This document shows, one piece after another, positions 11,860 to 23,980 of a DNA stretch of 64,000 nt (position 1 is the stretch's first letter; each line of letters opens with the position of its first letter). The stretch covers positions 5,828,001 through 5,892,000 of the forward strand of contig CATNEN010000024.1 of assembly GCA_950097015.1 (NCBI GenBank), written 5' to 3'. The notes beneath the pieces were generated by a model that saw only the letters and a list, made by a program, of their open reading frames with translations, searched no databases and was not told the origin of the DNA. The stretch is from Macrostomum hystrix. Its lineage: Eukaryota > Animalia > Platyhelminthes. A program made the translations under genes and the position numbers.

Positions 11860-14340
11860 CGTTCTACCCGATAAAACAACTTCCAGAAGCACAAAACATC
11901 GGAATCGTCGAGATCGGCATCAGTCGCTGAATATCTCGATGATGTTGACGTGACGTCGGAAGACTTTGAATGTTACGCTCGTAATTTCATCTTAAACTGG
12001 CGGAAAATTTAGATCCAAATGGTGGACTTTCACTAAAATCGGTCACTCGGTTTGGGAGCAACCGTGTAGTAGACAGTGAGCATTTGAAATGCCTCCCGTG
12101 GTTAGGGAAGCTAGTATGCTTGGTGTGAATTGCTTGTTCAGATAGTAAAAACTAACGTCCAAGAAGGATCGACCGTGAGAAAGCGTGCGGATCGGGTCGA
12201 GTTTTCATTTTCTCTGTCTAGACGCTCGCGCGAGTGTTAGCTCAAATCGGAACTCCTTATAGAAATTTATTATATACTCGTACATGCGCTCAGAAATTCT
12301 GCATGGCTTTAAGGGTACTTGTGCTAGCGCGGTGACTCACCAGTTCGCTATTATATGGCTTGCCTTGAAAATTCTTTTTTTCGTTTTATTCACAATACTG
12401 CTAAATATTAAATGAGCCGCGTATAAGAAAGAGCCTCACGCACAGTTTCTAAGAAAGAGCCTGACCCAATGATTTTTATGAAAGAGGCTGACCCACAAAT
12501 TTCTAAGAAAGAGCCTGACCCATTGATTTTTATGAAAGAGGCTGACTCACAAGTTTCTTAGAAATAGCCTGACTCACTGATTTCTACGACAGCGGCTGAC
12601 CCACAAGTTTCTTAGAAATAGCCTGACTCACTGATTTCTACGACAGCGGCTGACCCACAAGTTTCTTAGAAAGAGCCTGACTCACTGATTTCTACGACAG
12701 CGGCTGACCCACAAGTTTCTTAGAAATAGCCTGACTCACTGATTTCTACGACAGCGGCTGACCCACAAGTTTCTTAGAAAGAGCCTGACTCACTGATTTC
12801 TACGACAGCGGCTGACCCACAAGTTTCTTAGAAAGAGCCTGACTCACTGATTTCTACGACAGCGGCTGACCCACAAGTTTCTTAGAAAGAGCCTGACTCA
12901 CTGATTTCTACGACAGCGGCTGACCCACAAGTTTCTTAGAAATAGCCTGACTTACTGATTTCTACGACAGCGGCTGACCCACAAGTTTCTTAGAAAGAGC
13001 CTGACTCACTGATTTCTACGACAGCGGCTGACCCACAAGTTTCTTAGAAATAGCCTGACTTACTGATTTCTACGACAGCGGCTGACCCACAAGTTTCTTA
13101 GAAAGAGCCTGACTCAAAAGTTTCTAATCTTTCTAATTTCTGCCACTGAAAAAACCCGAACGCAATAGGTTTCTAGGAAACAACGTGACTCTTATTCCAA
13201 GAATTTAAGGAATTGTTGGTTTAGCTCCCATATTTTGATTTCTAATTAGGAAGTACAGCCTTCTTAAAGTGCTTTTTAAAGAAGGAAAATGAGATTTCAA
13301 CTTTCAAGACCTTAAAAGGAGCTTTTCTAACTACATCTAGCAAGCTAAGACAATAAAACCCTAAACTCACGAAGTCTAACAAAAGAATAAACTGGAAATT
13401 GTAAGAAAATAAAAGCAATAAAAACGAAGTTCCATTTTAAGCAATCATCGCCTCGCCTACGCCAAGACCAGTTAGTTAGGCTATTGTAACGAAATGACAG
13501 ATTTTTCATAAAAGACAAGACAATTATAGAAATAACAATTATGACTTCGCGTGTAGACCCTTTTTATTTCAAACTATTTTTTTTGGTTTTTATATGGCCT
13601 GTCTGAAACAGAAAGACGGAGCAGACAAAAGTGAGACAGAAAAATATGAGGCCGTTAAGTTGGCAATTGTTTCCATATCTTATCTGTGGGGGGGCATTGA
13701 GTTGACTGAAGAGATCTGTAATACCTGTAAAGACTATACTAACCTGTTTATGCCTATCAGCGATATGCAGCAACAACAACACTTCGACCAACTTTGATAA
13801 ATATGTGGACCAATAGAGCACCCATTTCAACTCTGTGCCTGACTGAAAACAAAATGCTCGGGTATTATACGTGTCGATAGACAATTTTGTTTGTATTCAA
13901 TGCTACTCTCTTGCACAAACTCGAGGTTTTCATTCCTGTTTGCCGCACTCTCTTAGACAGGATAGTTATGGATAGTAAAGTAGGTTAGTGTCAGGAAATC
14001 TACTGGCCTCTCATTTTAGAGGGACACAAATGATTTTTTTTGAAAGTATAGAAAAACCACGCTGTTTTTCCCCTGGAAAAAATGCCCGCTGCCAACTTCA
14101 CGATTGCTCCCAAACCGAGTGACCGATTTTAGTGAAAGTCCATCATTTTGATCAAAATTTTCCACCCTTTACGCTGTACTAACTTTCAAAGCCGTCCGAC
14201 GTGAGCATCACGGTTTTTGCTGACATCATACATTGGTGGTTTCTGCCTCCAGACACCCCGACGAGAATTGTTGAATATCTCGACTATACCGATGCATTGT
14301 GATTCTAGAAGTTGTTCAATCGGATAGAGCGGAAAATTCT
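11860..14340. mobile_element. Large inverted-repeat structure (non-autonomous DNA transposon/foldback, or two inverted copies of one repeat family)
   Basis: GGACTTTCACTAAAATCGGTCACTCGGTTTGGGAGCAA (~12024-12061) is the exact reverse complement of ~14104-14141. Degenerate complementarity extends about 200 bp outward. No TSD or transposase identified. Confidence 0.6.
12430..13118. repeat. 54 bp minisatellite built from two diverged 27-mers, about 10 full copies plus degenerate lead-in
   Basis: GACTCACTGATTTCTACGACAGCGGCT + GACCCACAAGTTTCTTAGAAATAGCCT; period 54 (12571, 12625...). Confidence 0.93.
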
Positions 14341-14820
14341 GAAAAGTCCGAATTAAGGAAATAAAAACAAGCATGGCGTCACGGTGAGGTACATCACAAT
14401 TAAATTTGTAAGTTGGCCCAAATTTAGCTAACTTCTTTCGTTCCTTCTAATACGAGCTAGTTGTCAAAAACTTGTCAGGCGAGGTTTGAAGTATAATGTC
14501 TATATTATTATTTTCATTGCATCGAGCACAATTGCCGACCCGGCGGGGGTGGTCCGCTGAGTACACTGAGTCTAGCACTCATTGGCAGGCTCGATCGAGG
14601 GTGAGCTGCAGCCCTGTTGAACGCCATAGGTTTAGCAGCTCGAGTTCAATGGTACTTGCGTATCTTGGCTGACCTTGGGAGGCGGGGGGTAGCTGTCTGG
14701 GCACAGCGGACTCGGCTGCAATACATTTTAGGTACAAAATACCGCCCGCAAACACCGATAAGCAAGGAAATCTGAGTCTAGTCTGTCTTGTTCTGCTCCT
14801 GGAATTAAAAAGCACTCACA

Positions 14821-17800
14821 ATGGCCGACTCAGAGATTCAGCCGGTCGCTGCGGCTCCAGCCGAGTCAGCTGACAATAATCCCAAGTCCAAGTCCAAGTC
14901 CAAGTCCAAGTCCGAGTCCAAGAAGCGTCCGGACGACGCCGTGAAGCTCGGCTGCGGCGGCTTCTTTCGCCGACGAAAGAAGAAGTCGGCTGGGAAGGAC
15001 GGCGATGCCGTTGCCGACGGCCAAGAGCAGGAGCAGAAGTCGAAGGCGCCGATTGAGAAGCCGAAGAGGCCTGAGCAGAAGCCGTCTGCGGCTGTACAGG
15101 TGAGCCTCCGTGCGCTTCCTGGCACAGGTTATCCCCTCGATCAGCGGGATGGGTCAGGAGGGGAAAACAGCCCATCTACTGGATAAGTCAGGAAGGGAAA
15201 ACAGCCCATCTACTGGGTGAGTCAGGAGGGAAAACAGCCCATCTACTGGATAAGTCAGGAGGGAAAACAGCCCATCTACTGGGTGAGTCAGGAGGGGAAA
15301 ACAGCCCATCTACTGGGTGAGTCAGGAGGGGAAAACAGCCCATCTACTGGGTGAGTCAGGAGGGGAAAACAGCCCATCTACTGGGTGAGTCAGGAGAGAA
15401 AACAGACCATTTACTCGATTACACATGATAGATATTCTCAGGAAATGAATAAATATTGATTGATTCGATAAAATTACATCGGATATGAAATATATCAGAA
15501 TTGGATTTTATTTAAATAATATTAGGCTTGTCGCTATAATAGATACAGATTATTCTGAAGCTATTATCTTTAATATTTCCCTGTCCAAACGACAAACCAG
15601 TCTGCTAGCTGCGTGATTCCTTTTCCGGAGCTCGCGAGTTTTCTAAGAAAATGCGTATTATAGAATCGAACGGCACGGACACGCTGGCAGGGGTCGAATG
15701 ACACAGCGGGGTGAGCAGACAGTATGCTGTAAATTTCTTAGGTTTCCTGTGTTTGCGCAGATATTTTTCTTATTAAAAAGTGACTCATTTCCTGACTCGA
15801 AGGAAGAGAAATTGAAAGTGAGAGAGAAAGCAAGCTCTGCAAAGAAAGAGACGAATTGAAAATGGGTAGAAATGAGCTCAAATGAATGAGCACAGTTTTA
15901 AAACCATTCTTCCTGCTTGGGAATATCAATTTTTACTCACTAAGCTACTATTAGTAGAACTTAATGTATTGTGTTTGCGTGTATTGAATGAACGCAATGA
16001 TTGCGTTGTTTGTTTTGTTTGTTCTCATTGCATCCTAAATGAGATTTTTCCACTATCTTCTCAATAGCCCCCTAAAATATTGCATCTCCGTTACGCCGAA
16101 ACTTATTTTCTTCGAAAAACGCCAATTGTCAACCTGGTTTAGGCCATAGACGCTGCGAAACCTTCAAAGCCGGAGCAGCAGACTCTCTTGAAACATCGGG
16201 AAGAGACTCAGGAGAAGGACTCCAAGCATGATGAAAAGACTCAGGAGAAGGACTCCGAACACCATAAAGAGACTCAGGAGAAGGACTCCGAACATGCTGA
16301 AGAGACTCAGGAGAAGGACTCCGAACACCATAAAGAGACTCATGAGAAGGACTCCAAGCATGATGAAAAGACTCAGGAGAAGGACTCCGAACACCATAAA
16401 GAGACTCAGGAGAAGGACTCCGAACATGCTGAAGAGACTCAGGAGAAGGACTCCGAACACCATAAAGAGACTCATGAGAAGGACTCCGAACATGCTGAAG
16501 AGACTCAGGAGAAGGACTCCGAACACCATAAAGAGACTCATGAGAAGGACTCCGAACATGCTGAAAAGACTCAGGAGAAGGACTCCGAACACCATAAAGA
16601 GACTCATGAGAAGGACTCCGAACATGCTGAAGAGACTCAGGAGAAGGACTCCGAACACCATAAAGAGACTCATGAGAAGGACTCCGAACATGCTGAAGAG
16701 ACTCAGGAGAAGGACTCCGAACACCATAAAGAGACTCACGAGAAGGACTCCGAACATGCTGAAGAGACTCAGGAGAAGGACTCCGAACACCATAAAGAGA
16801 CTCATGAGAAGGACTCCGAACATGCTGAAGAGACTCAGGAGAAGGACTCCGAACACCATAAAAAGACTCATGAGAAGGACTCCGAACATGCTGAAGAGAC
16901 TCAGGAGAAGGACTCCGAACACCATAAAGAGACTCATGAGAAGGACTCCGAACATGCTGAAGAGACTCAGGAGAAGGACTCCGAACACCATAAAGAGACT
17001 CACGAGAAGGACTCCGAACATGCTGAAGAGACTCAGGAGAAGGACTCCGAACACCATAAAGAGACTCATGAGAAGGACTCCGAACATGCTGAAGAGACTC
17101 AGGAGAAGGACTCCGAACACCATAAAAAGACTCATGAGAAGGACTCCGAACATGCTGAAGAGACTCAGGAGAAGGACTCCGAACATGCTGAAGAGACTCA
17201 GGAGAAGGACTCCGAACACCATAAAGAGACTCAGGAGAAGGACTCCGAACACCATAAAGAGACTCAGGAGAAGGACTCCGAACATGCTGAAGAGACTCCG
17301 AAGAAGGACTCCGAACATGCTGAAGAGACTCAGGAGAAGGACTCCGAACATGCTGAAGAGACTCAGGAGAAGGACTCCGAACATGCTGAAGAGACTCAGG
17401 AGAAGGACTCCGAACATGCTGAAGAGACTCAGGAGAAGGACTCTGAACATGCTGAAGAGACTCAGGAGAAGGACTCCGAACATGCTGAAAAGACTCAGGA
17501 GAAGGACTCCGATCTTGCAGAAGCTTCCTCAGAGAATCGTGACCAGAAGGATTCTGCTGAGCAGCCTCCTGCTGCAGCTCTACCTGGCGTAGTTGTAAGA
17601 AAATAAGAAGCTTGCAGCAGACTTTATAAACTTGACCTCCAGCAAGTCAGGGCTGCGCCAGTCTTGCAATCTGTCTATCGTGTTGTGCCTCACATTGCAC
17701 CTTTACCAATAACAGTTTGTCAATGCATGCCGTCTTAATAATTCATTTTTGCACTTTTAGTCTCTGAATTATAACACTTAATATTATAACATTTTGTGGC

Positions 17801-18418
17801 GTGCCGATGGCTTAATTTAAATATCTAAATTGCGTTTGGATTTTGTAGTGATGCTGAGATTTCCGACAAAGTGGAAAATACGCTGAACGTTTCACATAAG
17901 TATTGACGCTTGTCACGTGATCTTCTTACTTCTATAAATTAAACTCGTCACGTGACTTTAAATTAAAGCCTTTAAAATTAAATCCCCGAACCGCCACGCA
18001 GCTGGAGGACAGCCCACACTCGGAACTTTGGTCCAAAATAGTCTCCAACAGTCTGGTGGGCATCGGGGTGTTCAACCGGGCGGCAGTCTGCAACCTGACC
18101 ACCGGTGGTGTTCTCGCCACCTGCCCCGGTGATTATGCTCCGACGCCAGGCCAGGTGGCGGCTCTGCGCGACAATTTCGATACCCGCGGCGCCGCCTTGT
18201 CCAGCGCCGGCTTCGGCATTGGCAGTACCATCTACCGGCTGCAGGAGGAGACCAGCACGAAGGACATTATTTGCGGCGTCAACTCTGATGACACCGAGGG
18301 CGTGCTGGTGACGCGAACCAACACGGCACTGTTGGCTTGCGCCTACTCCAAGGATCTGGACCAGGCTATGGAGGTTCTGAGCGAGATGCGCAGTAACTTC
18401 ATTGGTCAGGGAATGTAG
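14821..18418 (+). CDS. Predicted 715-aa protein: Lys-rich N-terminus, about 40 acidic/His-rich 11-aa repeats, C-terminal profilin domain
   Basis: Exons 14821-15099 (CAG|GTGAGC), 16143-17594 (ttttag acceptor; GTT|GTAAGA) and 18002-18418 (cgcag acceptor), all phase 0. The last exon reads ELWSKIVSNSLVGIGVFNRAAVCNLTTGGVLATCPG...GVLVTRTNTALLACAY...EMRSNFIGQGM, a profilin pattern. There is no in-frame ATG between the stop at 17918-20 and the domain. Confidence 0.7.
15165..15405. repeat. 33-34 bp intronic tandem repeat (ACAGCCCATCTACTGGGTGAGTCAGGAGGGGAAA), about 7 copies, five carrying G|GTGAGT
   Basis: Direct periodicity. Confidence 0.9.
16200..17510 (+). repeat. 33 bp tandem repeat, probably coding (EETQEKDSEHA / HKETHEKDSEH)
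   Basis: Flanked on both sides by in-frame non-repetitive codons and by phase-compatible splice sites. Confidence 0.9.
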
Positions 18419-20307
18419 CGATGCGATAAACAAGATTTGATATTGTTCAAATACTGCAACCTAATGAGAGATGGCATCGCAGGCGACAAAATATAATACA
18501 TGACCCGCTTTCTGTATCATCATAGTGACTGTACAGAAAATATCGCAAACCATCACATTTCAATATTTATAGAAGACGTAAAAGTGCAACCCAAAAATTC
18601 TTTTTTAATACGAGCGCGTATGTTAGTAATTAAACCGTGTATCTGAGAGAACAATTATACTATAGCCAAAATGTTGTATTGTAGCTTCTGGGTAATGCTA
18701 ATATAAAATACTTATACTTTTTTTGCTTGTACGCCTGTTACAATTTATTACACTTTAAGTATACAATTGAGTTTATTGTCACTAATTAGACTAATAAAAC
18801 AATTATACTGCTAAAGTAATGAAAACTTAACTGATTTAAAAAATAATCTGCTTTTGAATATTTGATTCATCGCATCAAAAAACACTGCTGATGCTGTTAA
18901 TGAATACTTTGAGATCGTGAATGCTACTTTTTTTATTCAGTCAGACACCTGATAGACAGGAGCGATCTATATGCCACTTATTAAATGGCTGCATGGACTG
19001 TTTAAACCTTTCTTGTAACGTGCTAATAAAATTAATTTTGAGCACTACGAATATAACTATAACTATTAATTGTATGAGTGAGTACAGCAAGAAAGAGAAA
19101 AGCGTGAGTACAGGAAAGAGAGTCTGGATATAGAAAAATGGTTATATGTAAAATAATAAAGTGAACATGTCAGAACTTCTTTTGCAAGGAACGAAAAACG
19201 ATGTCGAAAGCCACGAACTCATTCATTTGTTCGAAAAACCCATGATGCCCATTGTAAAACAGAAATACATATCATTTTTTTCGTACTTATAGTACGTATT
19301 CCTAAACTGAGTCAAGGACCACTGTATAGTTGCAGTAGATTGGATTGGATTCAGTGATTTTAGTCAGGCTGAATCAAATCGAATCGAATATTGGACTCAC
19401 GTTTTACTAGCGACTCGCTATAAACCCACTTTTAAAAAACTCGTCTGCCACAAATGGAAAAGTACTTTTCTACTAGATCTTGATGTATATATCTTTTGTT
19501 CGCCATTAATTGTTTCAAGCAGCGACGTTACTTATAACATCGGAGGAGTCAGGAGTGAGTATCGAATCGCACGTAGGATTCGAACAACGCCGTTACCTAA
19601 AAATTATTAGTCAATACTTTAGATTTTATTATAAGTAAAAACTTTTAAAAACCTTCTACCAATATTTTTTACATTTTTGGCTGCTAAACAGCACACTGAG
19701 AAAACAAATATTTTGTTTTAATATGTTATAAAGTGCAGAAATTTAAATGCACACTTTAAACTTTTTGATATTAAAATGCATTTCTTGTTAGCTAGAAGGT
19801 GGCTATAGTTATGTAAGTTAGCTATAATTTAGCGAATGATAGAAAAAGAACACAGCTGAACTTTTAGAACTGCTCATGCTAATGATATTCTTTTTATTAT
19901 TGACTTACTAGGTAGGTAGTCAATGTAAGGCGAACAAAATGTAGTTTCTGTTCGTATCTTTAATCGACAAAAAACAATTTCGTATTTCCAATTATGTTTA
20001 ATAATGTAATGATATACATGCCATACTATATAATATAGTAACTTTAATGTGAAGTAAAGTTTGTAGTCCATGATAATACTAAAATGTAGTTATTACTATA
20101 TAAAGGCTTCTATATTATTACTTTTGCAATTGATCCTTAATTATTCACAAAGTTGCTGCATTGCATTGCTAACTAGCACAGTAACACTAAGCACTTTTGT
20201 TTTCAATTAGTTTTTGGCTTTATTTACCCAGTTATTTAAATTAAAACTGATAATGGTATGCAAAGTTCCAGAATTATTTTTACTAGGCCTAGGTAATTGT
20301 TAAGTTA

Positions 20308-21268
20308 GGCAAAGTTCCTTTTTTGTTGCTTAACTTATTTTTTGAAAAACATAGGTTGCTGCAAGAAACAATGAAAAACAATCACAGATTAGGTCACTGA
20401 GACTTTCTGACACTCAGACAAACAAATTTTGAAATGGTGCCACGATGTGGCAACTTGGGAGTATATTTTTTATGGTCAAAACTAGTGGGCTTAAGTAGGA
20501 GTAAATAACTTCTAAGATTTTAAACTCAGTTAGCTCAGATTGCAACCCATAGTCTCAATCATGCTATGTGTATGCCGGAGGCAGAAAGTAAAATAAAATG
20601 TAATGTACGCCGTTGTATGCCAATGTTTTTCAACACAAAATAATTGTACGCCAAAAGCAGTCAACTGAGAATTTCTTCATTAACTTTCTTGCGCTGTTGT
20701 TGTGACAAAAATTACAAAAATGTATGATGTAGATCAATATGTTTCGATAAAAGCAATTTGCATGATAAAGGTAAAACAAAATAAACAAATTCACTTTCGC
20801 AAACTGTGTAATAATCTTTATATTTTATTTGCTGGCATTTTTATTAATTTGTTTTTTTGTTACAAAACAAACTAAGATTTATTTGCGAGCAAAGAATATA
20901 TAAAAAATTATAATGTCTTACGAGTTACGTTTTGTTAGGCTTTTATAATATGCCAATTAAAGTTGCACTTGTCCAGTTGTTACTTTGTAGACCATTACAT
21001 TTTTTCAGAGTTTTTGTATGCCAGAAACTGTATGCTAAATTGGCCTAAGCCATGATGTATGCCGGAGGAATCCGGCATACACTACATCTTCGAGAGTAAG
21101 GATTGCAACTGCATTGCATTTAGCTTGTATGCATGGCTGTTTGCCTAGCAGCACCTACATTTTTTGTGATTATTGATTATTGAATTTGTTTTTAATTGTT
21201 TCTTGCTGCAACCTACATTTTTTCAAATGAAAAAATAACGTGACAAACAAAACAATAAAATTGCCAAG
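20308..21268. mobile_element. Degenerate foldback/MITE-like element with long imperfect inverted arms
   Basis: TTTGAAAAACATAGGTTGCTGCAAGAAACAAT (~20341-20373) pairs with ~21196-21229. GTGTATGCCGGA (20568-20579) pairs with TCCGGCATACAC (21071-21082). Internal TGTATGCC motifs are present. TSD not resolved. Confidence 0.55.
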
Positions 21269-23200
21269 TCAAAATATAGTTTAGAGCTGGCTCTCTAATG
21301 CTATAACATGTACTTTAAGTATTGCTCTATACTTAAGTATCTAGGCCTATCTCTATTGCTTTATAAGTATGAATATGAAATGTTTCTATTATTATGATGA
21401 CTATTCTAATAGATAATCAGGAGGTTACCCATAACAAATTTTAGGAGGACAATTTATGTGCTGACTGCTGTTTGTTTAATGGCATTCTGACTTTGGGATT
21501 AGTAGTTTAGTAGTAATACTACTAGCTAATAGTAATATAGTAATGTCAGTTTATCACTAATAATAAATCTCTTATAATCAAACCAGACCCTTTGACCTTT
21601 AAGCCTTTAACCTATAGGACATTCATTAAATATAGTTTAAAACTAAAAGATGAGATATATGAAAAAGCAAAAAAGTGAGCTTGTATTAAGCAAAAGCAAT
21701 AAGTATTCTAAATTAATCAACTATTTTGAATAACCAAGTTGAGAAAAGTTAAAGACATTTTCTAGGCTACTATTGTATCCTATTGTAGTTTTCAATTATT
21801 TAAGCAAAAAAGTAGTAAGTATAAAACACAAGGATGAAGTGCAAAGAGCCACTCATGCTTGGCCTCTGAAACTTCCAAAAATTGGTATAGCACATATATT
21901 ACTTGTAAAGGTATTATTATTGCTTATTATAGCAAAGTAACAAAATGAAAGATAGCATTACAAAATTAGCTTAAATGAAAAACAACACATAATTATTAGT
22001 AAAAAGTCTTACTTTGAAAAACAACAATGACATTATCACACAGAATTTAGAGATTGTTAAACCTTTGTCAATATTTTGCATTTAAAAACCTTATTAGATT
22101 AACAAATATCTACATGTTTTACAATGCAAAGTATTTGCTTATTTATGATAAGTTTGAATTTTTACTTTGCACTAGAGACAAAGTAAGTGAGCAAAATGAT
22201 TCTGCTAATCTCAATGTGCCCAGGCACTTCAGTATATGCTGTGATTGTGCCCAAGACCCCTAGTCCATGCTACACCAGAATTTTCTATGACAAATGCCAC
22301 CTTCCTGACTATGGGACTAGGCCTATGAAAATAATCAAATGGGTTATCCTTTTAGTAATACTGAATATGGATATAACTCATATTATGGAAACATATGATT
22401 GGAAATAACATTATACAAGTCGTCTCGTTAAAATTTAATTTCGCTCGAGTAATTGCGGCGCTTCGATTTCATCCGTTAGTTTTAGTTTTGTAAGTCTGTT
22501 ATTATTATAATCTTTATTTAGATATTAAGACTTTGACATTCTATTGTTCTGAATTCAAATATTTACACACTCCCTAAGTGCAAAAATGGAAAAAAAATAT
22601 ATATATTTGTAAAATTATACACATATTGTAAATGAAACAAATAAGTGCTTGGTATAGTTGAACATAGACAAAAATACATGATGGTTGGGTTCTTGAACCT
22701 AACTGCTCAGCTGCTACTCTATCACTAATCTATCACTAATTGCCATTTGCCAATTGTATCCTAGATATAAAATGTATAATTACTGATTTTTGGCTAGCTT
22801 ATAATCAATTAGTGAATCACTCCTTTGTGAACCATTGCATTACCAAAACAACCATTATTGAAAGTCTACTTATTAATGCTAAGAGACAATATTAGACGTT
22901 GGACTTTTTTATGAGTTCACTTTTATTTCTGTTGGTTTTGTGATCAATAAAATGTATACTAGGCCCTAGACTGGGTATTAACTACTACTATAGACAAAAT
23001 ATCTGACTGAAAACCAAGTTTCTATAGACAAAATGTTTTACTGCTTTAATAGAATATATTAGTATGCTTTGGCATATGGGTCATTAATTTTTTGTTTAAA
23101 TGCTAAAATCTATCTTGAATAACTTTTCTTTATTGCCACAGTCTATAGGGTTTGTGGCATTTTTAGCAAAATGTGTTTCTACTATAGTCAATGCAGCTAC

Positions 23201-23800
23201 TGTGACAGGGCTTGTCTCTCTACTTTTCCCTCTTTCTTGGTAGCGTATCTTTTGGCCTCTTCTATTCTTTTATCTCCTTCTCTACTGTTCACGTTCCCCG
23301 TATGTCTTTAACTCGGTGGCCCTGAAAAGGGCCGTTTTAACACCACAACTCTTACGTTGCGCGATTCTCCTAGGTAGCGCTTCTGCACTGGCACGAGCGG
23401 TTTATCCCTCTAAGGCACTGGTCTCTTCTTCTCCAGTCTCTGCTGGGCGTTTCTCCAGGATCAGAGGGTCACAACCTCAATCCTCGGTTTCGCACTAAAT
23501 GTGTTTCCTCAATAACTAACACAACACGTTTTGCTTTATTCAAAAAGATCTTTTTACTCAGATATTGCCTTTCTTGGCTCACTGGCGAGTTGTATTATCA
23601 CCACGACAAACTTCATGCTTATATAGCATTTATCAACTTTGTTTTAATAACGCATATTTACTAAACTATATAAAGTATATAAAATATTTATAATATGTAA
23701 TATACTATATGTATATAAAATATGTAATAAAATTTTGTAGCGCGAGAAAATAAAAAGAAAACCATCACCAGCTATAATGCAGAAAAATAGACCTATTACA
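23201..23800 (-). repeat. 3' LTR (600 bp); minus-strand TATATAAG at 23625-23618 and AATAAA at 23540-23535
   Basis: Direct repeat of 26939-27536; TATA-before-polyA order fits U3-R-U5. Confidence 0.95.
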
Positions 23801-23820
23801 ACCTGCCTTCTCTTTTTAAA
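23801..23820 (-). other. Polypurine tract of the LTR element (AAAAAGAGAAGGCAGGT)
   Basis: Purine-rich run abutting the 3' LTR on the minus strand. Confidence 0.8.
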
Positions 23821-23980
23821 AAAATGGAATAAAAACATGAGTGAGAATTTTTTTTACAGAAATACAAAAAGAAAAATTACAACATTAATACAAGACACGA
23901 CACCTAAAAATACGACACCAACGCAAAAAAAAAATTATAAAATGTAATAGGTACTAAATTTATAGTCCATAATTAGACAA

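Noticed and set aside
16164-17592. 439-aa hydrophobic minus-strand ORF and 454-aa Arg-rich plus-strand ORF
   Set aside because: Alternative frames of the 33-bp repeat; only the E/K/D/H frame has phase-compatible splice sites and unique in-frame flanks.
19570-19590. Minus-strand B-box-like GTTCGAATCC
   Set aside because: No matching A box at tRNA spacing.
19874-20071. FCSP...YLPSKSIIKR resembling a P-element/THAP9 transposase segment
   Set aside because: Too short and AT-rich to support without a profile search.
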